Assembly (NCBI RefSeq): GCF_006345805.1
Contig: NC_042998.1
Span: 109,368,001 to 109,432,000, forward strand
Origin: Octopus sinensis
Taxonomy: Eukaryota
DNA: 64,000 bases
Direction: 5' to 3'
In this document: positions 13,559 through 25,504 of the stretch, piece by piece
Numbering within the stretch: the first letter of the stretch is position 1
Layout of the letters: the number at the start of each line of letters is the position of its first letter
Notes under the pieces: generated by a model
The model's database searches: none
Told to the model about the DNA's origin: nothing
Seen by the model: only the letters and a program-made list of their open reading frames with translations
Translations under genes and position numbers: made by a program

Positions 13559-13978
13559 ATATATATATACATATGATGGTATGTATGGGTATGTATGGGT
13601 TTGTATGTGCTGTACATTGGCTCACTCCCTCTATCAAATTGACATTGCCTGTACAGATGCACAAGTCAAATATCAAAATGATTACACAGCATTGTGAAAT
13701 GAAGGGTTTTGCTCAAGAACACAATGCATCACTAGGGCCAGGAACCGAACCAATGATCTAACAATTGTGAGTGCAACACCCAAGCCACTAGGGCACACAC
13801 CTTCACAATAACAACAACAATAATAAGTGTTATCATGTTCAATTTTTTTGTCTTGTACATATTACATATATATTATATATATATTACACACACAGATACA
13901 TATATATATATATATAGTCCAACCCATGCTAGCATGGAAAGCGGACGCTAAACGATGATGATGATGATGATGATATTA

Positions 13979-14018
<40 letters not shown>

Positions 14019-14690
14019 GAATAGCCTGGGCAAAGTTTAGAAAGCTTCTACCCCTACTGGTGACAAAGGGCCTCTCGCTCAGAGTGAAAGGTAGATTGTA
14101 CGACAAATGTGTGAACTGCCATGCTTCACAGCTGTGAAACCTGGGCCGTGACTGTGGAGGACATGCATAGGCTTGAAAGAAATGAAGCTAGCATACGACA
14201 GAGTGTAAGCACCCTGAGAGAAAAGTTGGACATAAGAAGCATCGGATGTGGCGTGCAAGAAAGACGTTTGCGCTAGTATGGTCATGTACTTACAGTTGGA
14301 TGAGGAGAGCTATGTGAAAAAGTGCCACTCCCAAACAGTAGAAGGAATCCAGGGTAGAAGTAGACCCAGAAAGACATGGAACGAGGTAGTGAAGCATGAC
14401 CTTCAAACGTTGGACCTCACAGAGGCAATGATGAAAGACCGAGACCTCTGGAGATATGCTGTGACTGTGAAGACCCAGCAAATAAAGTGAGTTCATGGTT
14501 GTATGCTACACCAGTTTCACATAACCAGCCCCAGCCTATTCAAAAGTACTTTGGATCGCAGGGCGACCTGCAGTGCTTGAGGAGACTTATTGAGTCAAGT
14601 ACATCAATATCAAAATGAAAATTAAATGGAAATTGTATATGTGAAACCCATGCCGGTGACACGTAAAGAGCACCATCCAAATGCGGCTGA
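14019..14690 (+). mobile_element. RTE LINE 3' fragment, same family as 29769-31700
   Basis: IAWAKFRKLLPLLVTKGLSLRVKGRLYD and GRSRPRKTWNEVVKHDL..DRDLWRYAV followed by partial 3' UTR. Starts directly after (TA)n. Confidence 0.88.
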
Positions 14691-14696
14691 TGTGTT

Positions 14697-14730
<34 letters not shown>

Positions 14731-15204
14731 TGTGTGTGCGTGTGTGTATACACACCATATATGTGTATTTATATGTATTACTGATTCCTTGTGTTGATAT
14801 CAGATGGTAGTTGTCATACAAGAAGTGTCCTTCATTTCCAATTTTCCATGAAATCAGGTGTGGCTATGAAGAAATATTACTTTGCTTTGAAACAGTAAGG
14901 GCATCCAGCTGTAAAGAATCTGCTCTAGAAAAATCTGTCTGACCCATGCAAGCATAGAAAAGTGAACATTAAAACAATAATGATGATGATAATGATAGTA
15001 TATATAAATTCCTGAAAGTTCAACTTAAAGACACTTATATTAATATTAACAAGAACATAAATGTATTCACACACAATACAAGGTAGACTTTCTCTTTGGT
15101 GCCTTTGCAGGGACCATTCTGTTGCAACCATTAAAGTCAAGTTCCTGATCCGAGAATAACTTCTTTCCACTAATTGGGGGTGGGGGCTGGAAAAGGGCTT
15201 GTGT

Positions 15205-15254
<50 letters not shown>

Positions 15255-15299
15255 TCATATACAAAAGCTAAAACCGACAAAAATTATTAGTTTCTCCAC

Positions 15300-16560
15300 A
15301 GGAACAAAATTAGAATGCAAAGAGTTTGTATATATTATATACAAACTCTTTGTATTTGCACTCGGAACGTAAAGGACTGAAAGAAAAGCTTCTATGCATT
15401 TTGTGCAACACGAGAACGATTCTACTAGATCACAACTTCAAGTATAGAAATGTAAACAGCGTAAGTTAGGGTTAATGCGTTCTAAAATAAGGGGTATAAC
15501 TCTGTTTACCTTATTATAAAATATAAAATTTATCGCTCACTTCTCATTTATTTATGTAAACACATTCACATACATGCACGCATATATACTTTCACATGAA
15601 TATATTCTTGTATAACTTTAATATTACACACATACACACAGAGAAAAATACAGGTACAGATATGTAAATATTAAACAACCACTGTACACATACTTAAATA
15701 AACACGCACGAGAAGAGTGTACAGTGATTTTAGCAGAGAAACTCGGGGAGGTGGTTTAAAGATACCAACAAAGTAAACAATTTGCTGCTAAGAATTATGA
15801 ATTAGGGGGTTTTTTTTAAAAGAAACTTTCAAGAAATTAATTATTAAGTGATGCCGGGGAAGAGCTTAGAATTATATTAAATGGATCATTTGACAGCTGA
15901 AACAACAATGGGTTTCATAATAAATAAAGTGTAATAAAAAGGTTCGTTCGATATTTAAAGCCAAACAAAACACAAAATAACTCCTATAAATCATGAAGCT
16001 CTGCATTAACTAATTATCAGTTTCTAAGGAGTCTTCATATTTTTAACGGGCAATTAATATTTGAGAATTTTAATATTCATATAATTCAAATATTTGACAG
16101 TTGGAAATGACGTTATTATTTTAAATAATGACGCAAGAAGTTTGTTGTAAGACTAAAACTGGCGTAACTTCGGTATAAGTACCGGATACATTTAAGAAAG
16201 TTTTTTTATATATATATGGGGGGGGGGTTCGGGTTAGGGGAGGGGTGTTCTGTTATCTTCAGAAATGTAAACAAAGCCACTTACAGTACCTATACCGAAG
16301 GATCACCCTAAAACTTACGTTTGTTCATTTTATGCCAATTTTTCCATGTTTGCGTGAGTTAAACGAATTAGTTACCCAGAGCACTGTTTGACAGCTAGAT
16401 ACCATTTCTGACGCTAAATCTTACCCGTTTTTCAAGTATGAGATCTGTTATTCCATGCAACTTCGAAGGCTTATTAGACTTATTAGACAATTTGTTGACA
16501 AGAGAAACAGACAACAATATCAGCCCCCACAGTGTATAGACGATTGTAATTATAAATGGA
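15300..16560. promoter_or_regulatory. CpG-retaining non-repetitive island; candidate internal or antisense promoter/enhancer
   Basis: Many CG dinucleotides by eye against near absence in flanking unique DNA. Three minus-strand donor motifs at 16279-16284, 16313-16318 and 16419-16424. Confidence 0.35.
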
Positions 16561-16564
16561 CATA

Positions 16565-17452
16565 GGCGCAAGTGTGGCTGTGTGGTAAGAAGCTTGCTTC
16601 CCTACCAGAGTTCAGTCCCACTGCTTGACACATTGGGCAAGTGTCTTCTACTATAGCCTCGGGTCGACCAAAGCTTTGTGAGTGAATTTGGTAGACGGAA
16701 ACTGAAAGAAGCCCGTCGCCGTCTTCTCAATGCGTTCAAAATAATTTTTTCATTGTCTCGACTTAACAACCCTCAACGTTTGTTTTTACTGTGTTATTCT
16801 CCTTGTCCTGTCTTTTACTGTTTTTATTCGTATTGATTTTACGGTCTTGTTTTATCTCACTGTCCTGTTCTTGTTACCACTTTTACCCCTCCGCAAAAAA
16901 TCCCAAATTTTATTTAATTTGCTTTGCGGGAAGGATTGTTTCAACGAAGTCGCGTCTTGTCCTTACCTTCGAAACGCGGAGTAGCTGAAACAGGGACAAC
17001 TGAAGAAAGGGAATATTCCTTGTGTTGTATGTCTTGTACTCTGTTTTTTCATTGTTTGAAAAAAAAGTCAATTTCCATGTTTTTCTTTTCAATGTTTTCG
17101 TTTCTCATTGTGTTCAACGTTTTTTTTTTTTTTTTGGTGTCCTGTACCCATATATGCATGTATATATACATATAGATGTAGGTATGTAGGTATATGTATG
17201 TATATATGCATATATTTATATATTATTTTGTTATATATATTATGTATGTATATGTTCATGTGACTGTGTCTGACCCCATCACCATCGCTTGACAACCAAT
17301 GTTGGTGAGTTTACATCTCCGTAACTTAGCAGTTCGGCAAAAGAGACCAATAGAGTAAGTACTAAGCTTACAAAGAATGAGTCCTGGGGTCGATTTGTTC
17401 GACTAAAGGCAGTGCTCCAGCATGGCTGCAGTAAAATAAAGCAAATAAAAGA
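16565..17452 (+). mobile_element. Bipartite tRNA-derived SINE (family A) interrupted by a nested insertion at about 16719-17135
   Basis: Head tggctgtgtggtaagaagcttgct..gggcaagtgtcttctactatagcc..ggaaactgaaagaagcccgtcg. The tail ccatcgcttgacaacc..gtgctccagcatggctgcagt resumes at about 17255. Confidence 0.85.
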
Positions 17453-18292
17453 ATACCACACACACACAAAAATGCTTATAGCCACATAGTTAAGAAGTTG
17501 GCTTCGCAGCAACGAGGTCAAGTTTCAATCCCATTGTGTGGTATCTTTCGCAAATGTCATTTCATTTGCTATAAGCCCTGGGAAATGCCATATTAGTTGC
17601 CAAGAGACTACCTGCAACTACAATGCAATCATTTAATTTTTTTTTTTTTGTTTAAAGTATTTTTTTCAACTGTCGACAAACACAGCCAGGTTGAAATAAT
17701 TAATGCATTCTTCCAGGAGTGAATAAAAAATTCTCAAACTTGAGGGAATGGGCCCCTTAGATACTAACTTGGGCCCCCATATATGTATTCTAATGATGCA
17801 GGAGCCCGCTTACCATCAGACAAGCTGGCAAACTGGCCAGTCCGCCACTGGGTGCAGGCATTGATAGGTGTAGACATAGATGGGTAGATACAAAGTTTGC
17901 TTTGTAATCACATGGTTTCAGGTTCTATCCCACTGTGGGGAATCTTGGGCAAGTGTCTTCTATTATAAACTCATGCAGGTTATACTTTCAACTTTTCAGT
18001 GGAATTGGTAAACTGAACTGTATGGAGGACATTGTACATATATGTGTGTGTACATATTCTCAAATATTTACATTGCTTTTGTCCTCGCATAACAATGCAG
18101 GGAGCAAAATGGTGATATCATAGTTACATACCATGCAAATAACACATCCTGTATCTCTGTGCTTGTGGAATAAAAATCCCTTGATGTAAAACTAAGAAAT
18201 CTAACTGTAAAACACTGCCTTCATCCAACCCATTCCAGCATAAAAAGAAGTGGACATATTATGAACAAATGGATATATATATATATATATGT

Positions 18293-18739
18293 ATACAAAA
18301 TTTAAAGGACTGACCACTAAAAGTGAATGGTCAACATGCTAGATATAGACGTCAAATCGCTATTTTCCACAAAGAATATGTTCTCAAATAAAAATCCAGC
18401 ATGAACCAAAGTATTAAAAATAAGCAAGACAAATGAAAATATACGAAATAAAAATGATTACCTATGTACCAATCAGTTTGCAAATTGTATTTCTATATGA
18501 CAAACTATGCTGAGGAGATTGCGGGTATCCACATGCGAGGATAATAAGAATCGAAACTGATCGGTACATAGGTAATCATTTTTATTTCGTATATTTTCAT
18601 TTGTCTTGCTTATTTTTAATACTTTGGTTCATGCTGGATTTTTATTTGAGAACATATTCTTTGTGGAAAATAGTGATTTGACGTCTATATCTAGCATGTT
18701 AACCATTACTTTTAGTGGTCAGTCCTTTAAATTTTGTAT
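18293..18739. repeat. Long inverted repeat (about 187-bp arms, 74-nt spacer) overlapping the hammerhead motif
   Basis: 18293-18479 is the reverse complement of 18554-18739 with about four differences. The left flank is (TA)n. Confidence 0.95.
18505..18571 (+). ncRNA. Minimal type I hammerhead ribozyme motif with intact core
   Basis: Stem I CTATG/CATAG; CTGAGGA at 18510-18516; stem II GATT/AATC extended by TATCC/GGATA; GAAA at 18553-18556; near-palindromic stem III ACTGATCGGT; GTA cleavage triplet ending at 18566. Confidence 0.75.
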
Positions 18740-18843
18740 GTAAAAATATTTTAATCTTCGAATTTTTTTAATATGCTAGGCCACTGGTTTTAATTGATTA
18801 ATATCAATTTCTACCCTTATTAAATTTTATATATATATATATT

Positions 18844-19942
18844 AGAAAGCTCCTACCCCTACTGGTGACAAAGGGTCTCTCGCTCAGAGTGAAAGGTAGA
18901 TTGTATGATGCATGTGTGCGAACCATCATGCTTCACGGTAGTGAAACATGGGCTGTGACTGCAGAGGACATGTGTAGACTTGAAAGAAATGAAGCTAACA
19001 TGATCCGCTGAATGTGTAATGTCAGTGTGCACACACGACAGCATGTAAGCACCCTGAGAGAAATGCTGGACATAAGAAGCATCAGATGTGGTGTGCAAGA
19101 GAGTCGCTTGCGATGGTATGGTCATGTACTGCAAATGGATGAGGAGAGATGTGTGAAGAAGTGCCACTCCCAAACAGTTGAAGGTATCAAGGGAAAGGTA
19201 GACCCAGGAAGACATGGGATGAGGTAGTCAAGCATGACCTCCGAGCGTTGGGCTTCACAGAGACAATGACGAAGAACCGAGATCTCTGGAGATATGCTGT
19301 GACTGCAAAGACCCGGACTGCTTCCTGCACCAGTTTCACATAGCCCCAGCCCATTCAAAGTACCTTGGATTGCAGAACGACCTGCTGTGCTTACCTTGGA
19401 TCGTAGAGTGACCTGCTGTGCTTGAGGAGACCTATTGAGTCAAGTACATCAATATCAAAATAAATATCAAATGAAAATTGTAGTTACGACACCTGTGCCG
19501 GCAGCATGTAAGAAGCACCATCTGAACGTGGCCGATGCCAGCGCTGCCTTGACTGGCTTCTGTGCCAGTGGCACATGACCTGCTGTGCTTGAGGAGACCT
19601 ATTGAGTCAAGTACATAAACATTGAAATAAATATCAAATGGAAATAGTAGTTGTGATACCTGTGCCGGTGACACGTAAAAAGCACCATCCGAACGTGGCC
19701 GATGCCAGCGCTGCCTTGACTGGCTTCTGTGCCGGTGGCACGTAAAAAGCACCAACCGATCGTGGCTGCTGCCAGCCTCCCCTGGCACCTGTGCTGGTGG
19801 CACATAAAAAGCACCCACTACACTCACGGAGTGGTAGGTGTTAGGAAGGGCATCCAGCTGTAGAAACACTGCCAGATCAGACTGGAGCCTGGTGCAGCCT
19901 CCTGGCTTCCCAGACCCCGGTCGAACCATCCAACCCGTGCTA
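18844..19942 (+). mobile_element. RTE LINE 3' fragment with a 167-bp internal tandem duplication
   Basis: ESRLRWYGHVLQMDEERCVKKC coding remnant. Units at 19410-19576 and 19577-19743 both start gacctgctgtgcttgaggagacctattgagtcaagtac. Confidence 0.88.
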
Positions 19943-21246
19943 TTCACATGAAGATATTTGAAAATATCTTTTGCACCTTTAAGGTAAATAATTTAAAGGC
20001 AATTATAAGTATAGGAGTAAGTAGATAAAGTCATACTGCAGAACATCAATTAGTGATGTCAAAGAGTGAGCCAAAGCCACAGTGATTTGCCATGAAGCAT
20101 AAATGCTAAATTATTAGGTCCAGCACGGGTGATTAGGTGATGACCAGCATTGACTCCGAAAGATTGTCAGAGTCATAAACTGTGTACATTGATTATATTC
20201 TGAAGATAATGACTTCAAAGAGGAGTAAGGTGAGGTAGTAGACGCTTTCAAGACAGTTATGAAGCAGTTGTTGTTTAACTCCAAGTCAGCCCTGACCAGT
20301 CAGATGTATGATCGAAGTTATTCTAATCATGGCCATTCTATCTTTTCCCTATGTGCAAGCTTTTTTTTTTTTAGATTAAATAATATTATAGTTTTGTTCC
20401 CATTTTTATACACACCTTCTATATCAGTCTCACTTCAGAAATTTTATAAACAAACACTAATCAAACTCTACCTCCACAATACAGGAAGTTTAAAATCCCT
20501 ATATACTAATTAAGTTGCTTATAAAATAATGAACACCTTGAGAGAAACATAATAAACATACAACATTTACTCAAATATTTTTGTAAACATCAAAGCACTA
20601 GAGAAATAATTTCTATATACCAACAAAGCCTTAACATACCTAACTAATAACCTTAAATATCAACTAGTAAAGACAGGACCAGCTACCTACTTACATCCTT
20701 TTGAAATAAAAGTTGACACACCCAATTACTAAAGGCTTAAGTACTAGACTCCCATTATACCAAAACTGACAAAAATACCATCGCACTTTGTGCCTACTAA
20801 ACAGAAGAGAAATACCTGCAGGTTTGTTTACAAAGTTCTACATGCATGGATAACTACTAGACAATAACATAACACCAAATTTAATCAATTAAAATTTTTT
20901 CAAAATATATTTCCATAACAACTTACCATAAAAATCTAATTACCATCCCACTCAAACAAACATACCCAAAGATGATTTTTAACTTAACAGAGACAATATA
21001 AAAGCAAGACTAACTGTAATGCGTCACAGTCTTTCAGTGACTTAGCTGACCAAAACATCAAAGTCACTATCAACAACATTTTTTTGTTTAAGAAATGTGT
21101 GTGTGTGTGTTAGCCAAAACTTCAAAGTCGCTGTCAACACTATTCTTGTTTAAGAATAATAAATTTGGTACTCTACAAAAGTACTGAGTAACCTCTTATA
21201 TTAATGTAAAATTATTTCTTTATTATAATATTAAAACTAAACATTT

Positions 21247-21461
21247 AAGGCGGTGAGCCGGCAGACTCATTAGCATGCCGGGCTAAATGCTTAGTGGTAT
21301 TTTGCTCATCACTATATTCTGAGTTCAAATTCCACCAAGGTTGACTTTGCCTTTTATCCTTTCAGGGTTGATAAATTAAGTACCAGTTGAACACTGGGAT
21401 CAATTTAATCGACACATCCCTTCCCCCAAAAATGGCTGTCCTTGCGGCAAAATTTGAAACC
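21247..21461 (+). mobile_element. tRNA-derived SINE family B
   Basis: ggcggtgagccggcag..gagttcaaattcc..gactttgccttttatcctttcagggttgataaattaagtaccag. Related copies at about 42683-42865, 55635-55830 and 55936-56162. Confidence 0.8.
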
Positions 21462-21555
21462 TTATTACAACTAAACATAAAAACAAACATTAAGTGTTAT
21501 ATGTGTATACATACATATATATATATATATGTATGTATGTATGCATGCATGTATG

Positions 21556-21586
<31 letters not shown>

Positions 21587-22949
21587 CATCAGGTTTACAT
21601 AAGCAGGCACAAATCATGTGTATATATACATTCATGTATGCACATACTCAGAATTAATTAGTCAATGGTGATAATATTTATATTATGTACTCCAACACAT
21701 AAACACAAATGTATATTTATTTTACACATTTTTGTGAAAATATAATTATGTTTTTTGTATACACAAGATTAAAAAATTAATTATTTGTATTTTCATTCCA
21801 TTACTTTCCACCACTGTTTCAACAATTTCTTTATCACATATTGATTTTAACTGTTACTACTACTGCTCTCACAACTATGTTATTATTTCTATTTTAGAGT
21901 TAGAATTACCCCAATAATAGATATCCTATAGTGTTTAAATTGATGCCTCTTTTCAGAGAGAGAGACAGGGAGAGACAGGGGGACAGGGAGAGAGAGAGGG
22001 AGACAGGGGGAGAGAGAAAGAGAGAGAGAATGTGTGTCTAAGCACTTTTCTGATCGTTTTAGTCTGAGTGAGGATGATGAGGATTATAACCAGATGATAT
22101 TAGAACAGTTTGTGAAGAACACTGTTCTAAGAAAAACAAAGGTTAAGCATTGTTTTCTAGTACTATTGTTTAATAGTAATATATCAATTTTTACTAGTTT
22201 CAAATTCACCTTTGTTATTGTTATTTGTTATTACAATAAAATTATAGATGAGGATCATTGCACTGATGAGGAAATTTTAGTAAACTTTGATGCAACATGC
22301 CAATTAGTAATACTTATTTAAGCACCATCCTCCATGCAAAAGAAAATGTCAAAAATCATAATATATATTACTTGAACAATGGTTTTACAACCATTCAAAT
22401 TGAAGGTTTCCTTCATTCTTGCTGGGCCAATGGTGTATGTAACAGCTGATCTTACCATAGTATGAAAGAGCCCAGGTAGCAAAATTATATGTCTTCTGAA
22501 GTTAGAAACCATGTAAAAGGTCACCAAAATATGATACTGTGAAGCTAAAATATAGTAATTCAGACCACATGCTTTCAACTTGAATTGCAAAACCTCTTCA
22601 GTAGCTTGGATACACTGCACAAACTAAATTACTGCTGAAAAATAATGGAACAATTTCTAGCATCACTTGTAAGAAGTAGTAACTCAAGAATTAAATTATA
22701 CCAGATGTAGTTAAAAAAACTGGATATCAGGCTGTGTAACAGAATTTGTTATAAAGTAGTGGAGCCACAATCAACTCTTATGGAGGCAAATAATCTGTTC
22801 TGTCTATGCTGATCACAATGAATTCTAATGTGCTGCCACTCAAGATATGGAACATAATATTACTCTTAGGACTCACAAAAACTGCATCAGATTTTTTTTT
22901 AAATCATGGAAAGCAACAAGACCAATACTCCTTGATGTTTAAAGCAGTT

Positions 22950-23460
22950 ATATTAAAAGCTGATCATCACAGTCATTGGTATGACCATTTTGTGAACCTA
23001 TTCAACCATGATTCCTCTACTAATCAGCTGTGCATGTACTCTAAAGATATCATTCTCCGTGCATGCAATCCAGATGCATCAACCATCAAGGAGGTGCACA
23101 AAGCTATCTAAAATCTGAAGAACAATGTCTGAAGAGGGTTTAACCGTTGAAATCTTCAAAAATTGCTTAAATGTCTTGGCTCTACAGCTGCACTGTGATT
23201 TGATTCTATGACATGGAATCTCTTCCACAAGGTTAGTGTTGTTTTCCTCCTTTGCTTCAAGAAGAGTAATAAGTGTTAACGTAGAAATTACTAAGGCATA
23301 ATTTGATAGACATTGTGGTCATGTCATTCAGGATTATTCTACTAGAAAGATTTCAACATAACCTTGATTTGGTGCACATGACCAAATCAGTGTAGTTTTC
23401 AGCAGAGCCAAGGCTGTACATATCAAATTTTTCACCCTTTGAAGGGTTGTTGGACAATGT
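22950..23460 (+). mobile_element. Heavily decayed RTE-type RT remnant
   Basis: STIKEVHKAI.NLKNN, GLTVEIFK, FKK..K..NY.GI and QIFTL-like pieces with frameshifts. Confidence 0.5.
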
Positions 23461-23499
23461 CATAATGACTACCATTGAACCATTACTTGTTATGTGGAC

Positions 23500-23900
23500 T
23501 TCACAGCAGTTTTTGATTCTGCTGATTACAATGTTTTCTGGAATATCTAGATCACAGATAAAATATTTGCTATTACGAAGAGGGATCCAAGTTCTTCAAA
23601 CTTCAGCTTTCCAGCTAGGACTATGTTCCATCTCTAATACCCTTCCACTATGCCTTTGACTGGATCACAAAACATGCTCAATGGATTTCTCAAGTGATAC
23701 TGTGGAATGAGATTTCACCATCACTGACTTCAATTATGCTGATTATTGTGCCGTAATTCCTAAAAACTATATGGATGTTGCTGTGTGTGTGTCCCATGTT
23801 GGCTGGAAAATTAACATGACCTAGAAAAAAATCAACTGTATCTTGTTCTCTGAAAGGGTCTTTGACATACTCATTAGCAAAATTCTGGAAATTATTGATC
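23500..23900 (-). mobile_element. Possible heavily decayed CR1/L2-type RT remnant
   Basis: Minus-strand pieces MFCDPVK.. and LGSLFVIANI/FICDLD resemble RT motifs F.D..KAFD and GSVLGPLLFNIFINDL. Confidence 0.3.
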
Positions 23901-24278
23901 AAGTACCTTCACTGCCATGGCCAAAGTAAACTTGAGATAGAAATTTGCATCCAATACACAATAGTGCATTCTGTCATCTTCAAAGATAGCTTTAGTTTAG
24001 CTCAAAAATCCACATAGCCTAAAAAATCTGCATTTGCATAGCACTTTTTCAGTTCATTCAGTTGGTATAACTGTAAAACATGGCTGTTGAGAGTGGTGGA
24101 CTTACATAAACAAAAGCTATGTGAGCACTTTTGTCTCTATTGAATCCATTAAATTTGTACTTTAGATTTCATCATCATTACTGGATTGATTCCTTTTGAC
24201 ATGTCTTGCTCAAAAGATGTCTTCATTGTTTGATTACACACTCCATCATCCACACAAGACAAACTCATCTGTAATGTA

Positions 24279-25504
24279 TTGGGTCTTCCCATAAATAATG
24301 CAGTTTTTTATACTTCTTTTATTTTTCAAAATTAAGATAAACAAAGTTCTTTTTTTAATCTAAAATATACTTTCCTTCATTTTCTACAATGCTCTTCCAT
24401 CTATCTAGTAGACTTGCAAGGCTTCTCTTCCAAAATTCACTTGTCCACAATGAAAAATACTTCTCCAGTACTGTTCTACCTCATCTGCAGAATTCATATT
24501 TTTCCTATTCAAATGATTTTGAAGACTGTGGAATAAATGATAATCAGATGGGGCAATGTCCAACAAATATGGTGGGTGGGGCATCGTTGTCCATTCAAAA
24601 TGTTCCAGGCTTTGGAATGTCATCCTCTCTGTATGTGGCTAAGTGTTATTCTGATGGAAGAATACCTTTCGTCTTGAAACCAAAGATGGCTGTTTTTCTT
24701 CTAGCGCTGATATAAGCTGCTCAAGCCATTCACAGTAGATCTCTTTTGTTATCATTTGGTTTGGGTTTTAAAAATTCAAAGTGGACTAAACCTTTTATAT
24801 CCCACCAAACAGATAACAATACCTTATGTGGGTGAAGACCTTCTTTAGTCTGGGGTGCCAGCATTTCTCCTTACCCTATCCATTGTCTTTTATAGAGAAC
24901 TCATTTGTGAGACATGACAGCAAAGAAGGCACACATTCATTCCCTGTGTGTGATTAGACTCAGAAAGTGAGGAACTCATTGACCCAATTTGCTGACTTTT
25001 CTAATGGCACACAGGTGCTGATGAATGGTTGAATGACCAAATCCAAATTTCTCTGCTAGTTCCTTGACAGTTATGATGGGATTTTGTTCCACCAGCGTTT
25101 GCAGGATGTCCTCATCAAGCTCTACTGATCTTCCAGGATGAGGCTCATCTTCTAGGCTGTAGTTTCGACTTGGAATTTCTGAAACCACTGTTGATACTGG
25201 CTTATGCTTATTGTCCAATTCCCATATACTGCCTTAATATTCTTTGCACATTCCATTGCATTGTTGCCTTTATTGAACTCATAATGCAAAATATACTGAA
25301 TATGCTCCTTTATCACTTTCATTGTAGCTTTGAAAATATAACTGTTAAAATCAAACTGCACACTTCAAAACTTTCATTAAGAATAAGCACAAGGTTAAAT
25401 TACAACTTGTTTTTATAGCAAGTTGATGCAGGTAGTTTATCCTGTTCTCCTCCTGTCTCCCTTCATGCAACTGAAAAAGCAGCATTATTTTTGGAATGAT
25501 CCAA
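24279..25504 (-). mobile_element. Full-length decayed mariner transposon (about 1.23 kb)
   Basis: TA-flanked TIRs ttgggtcttcccataaataatgc / gcattatttttggaatgatccaa. Transposase remnants LHYEFNKGNNA, LEDEPHPGR, LVEQNP..TVKELA and PHPPY..DIAPSDYHLF. Confidence 0.9.

Noticed and set aside
16165-16177. loxP-like TAACTTCGGTATA
   Set aside because: Only a partial single half-site with no partner arm; coincidence.
16960-17015. Possible type II hammerhead (GAAAC..GTA..CTGAAGA)
   Set aside because: Stem I cannot close and the stem II register is off.
20480-21060. A/C-rich segment with a TRLPLYQN..LC peptide, possibly an L1/Tx1 C-terminal remnant
   Set aside because: Too decayed to assign without a homology search.
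22034-22321. Acidic ORF (SDRFSLSEDDEDY...) reminiscent of a transposase N-terminus
   Set aside because: No catalytic motifs, termini or splice support found.
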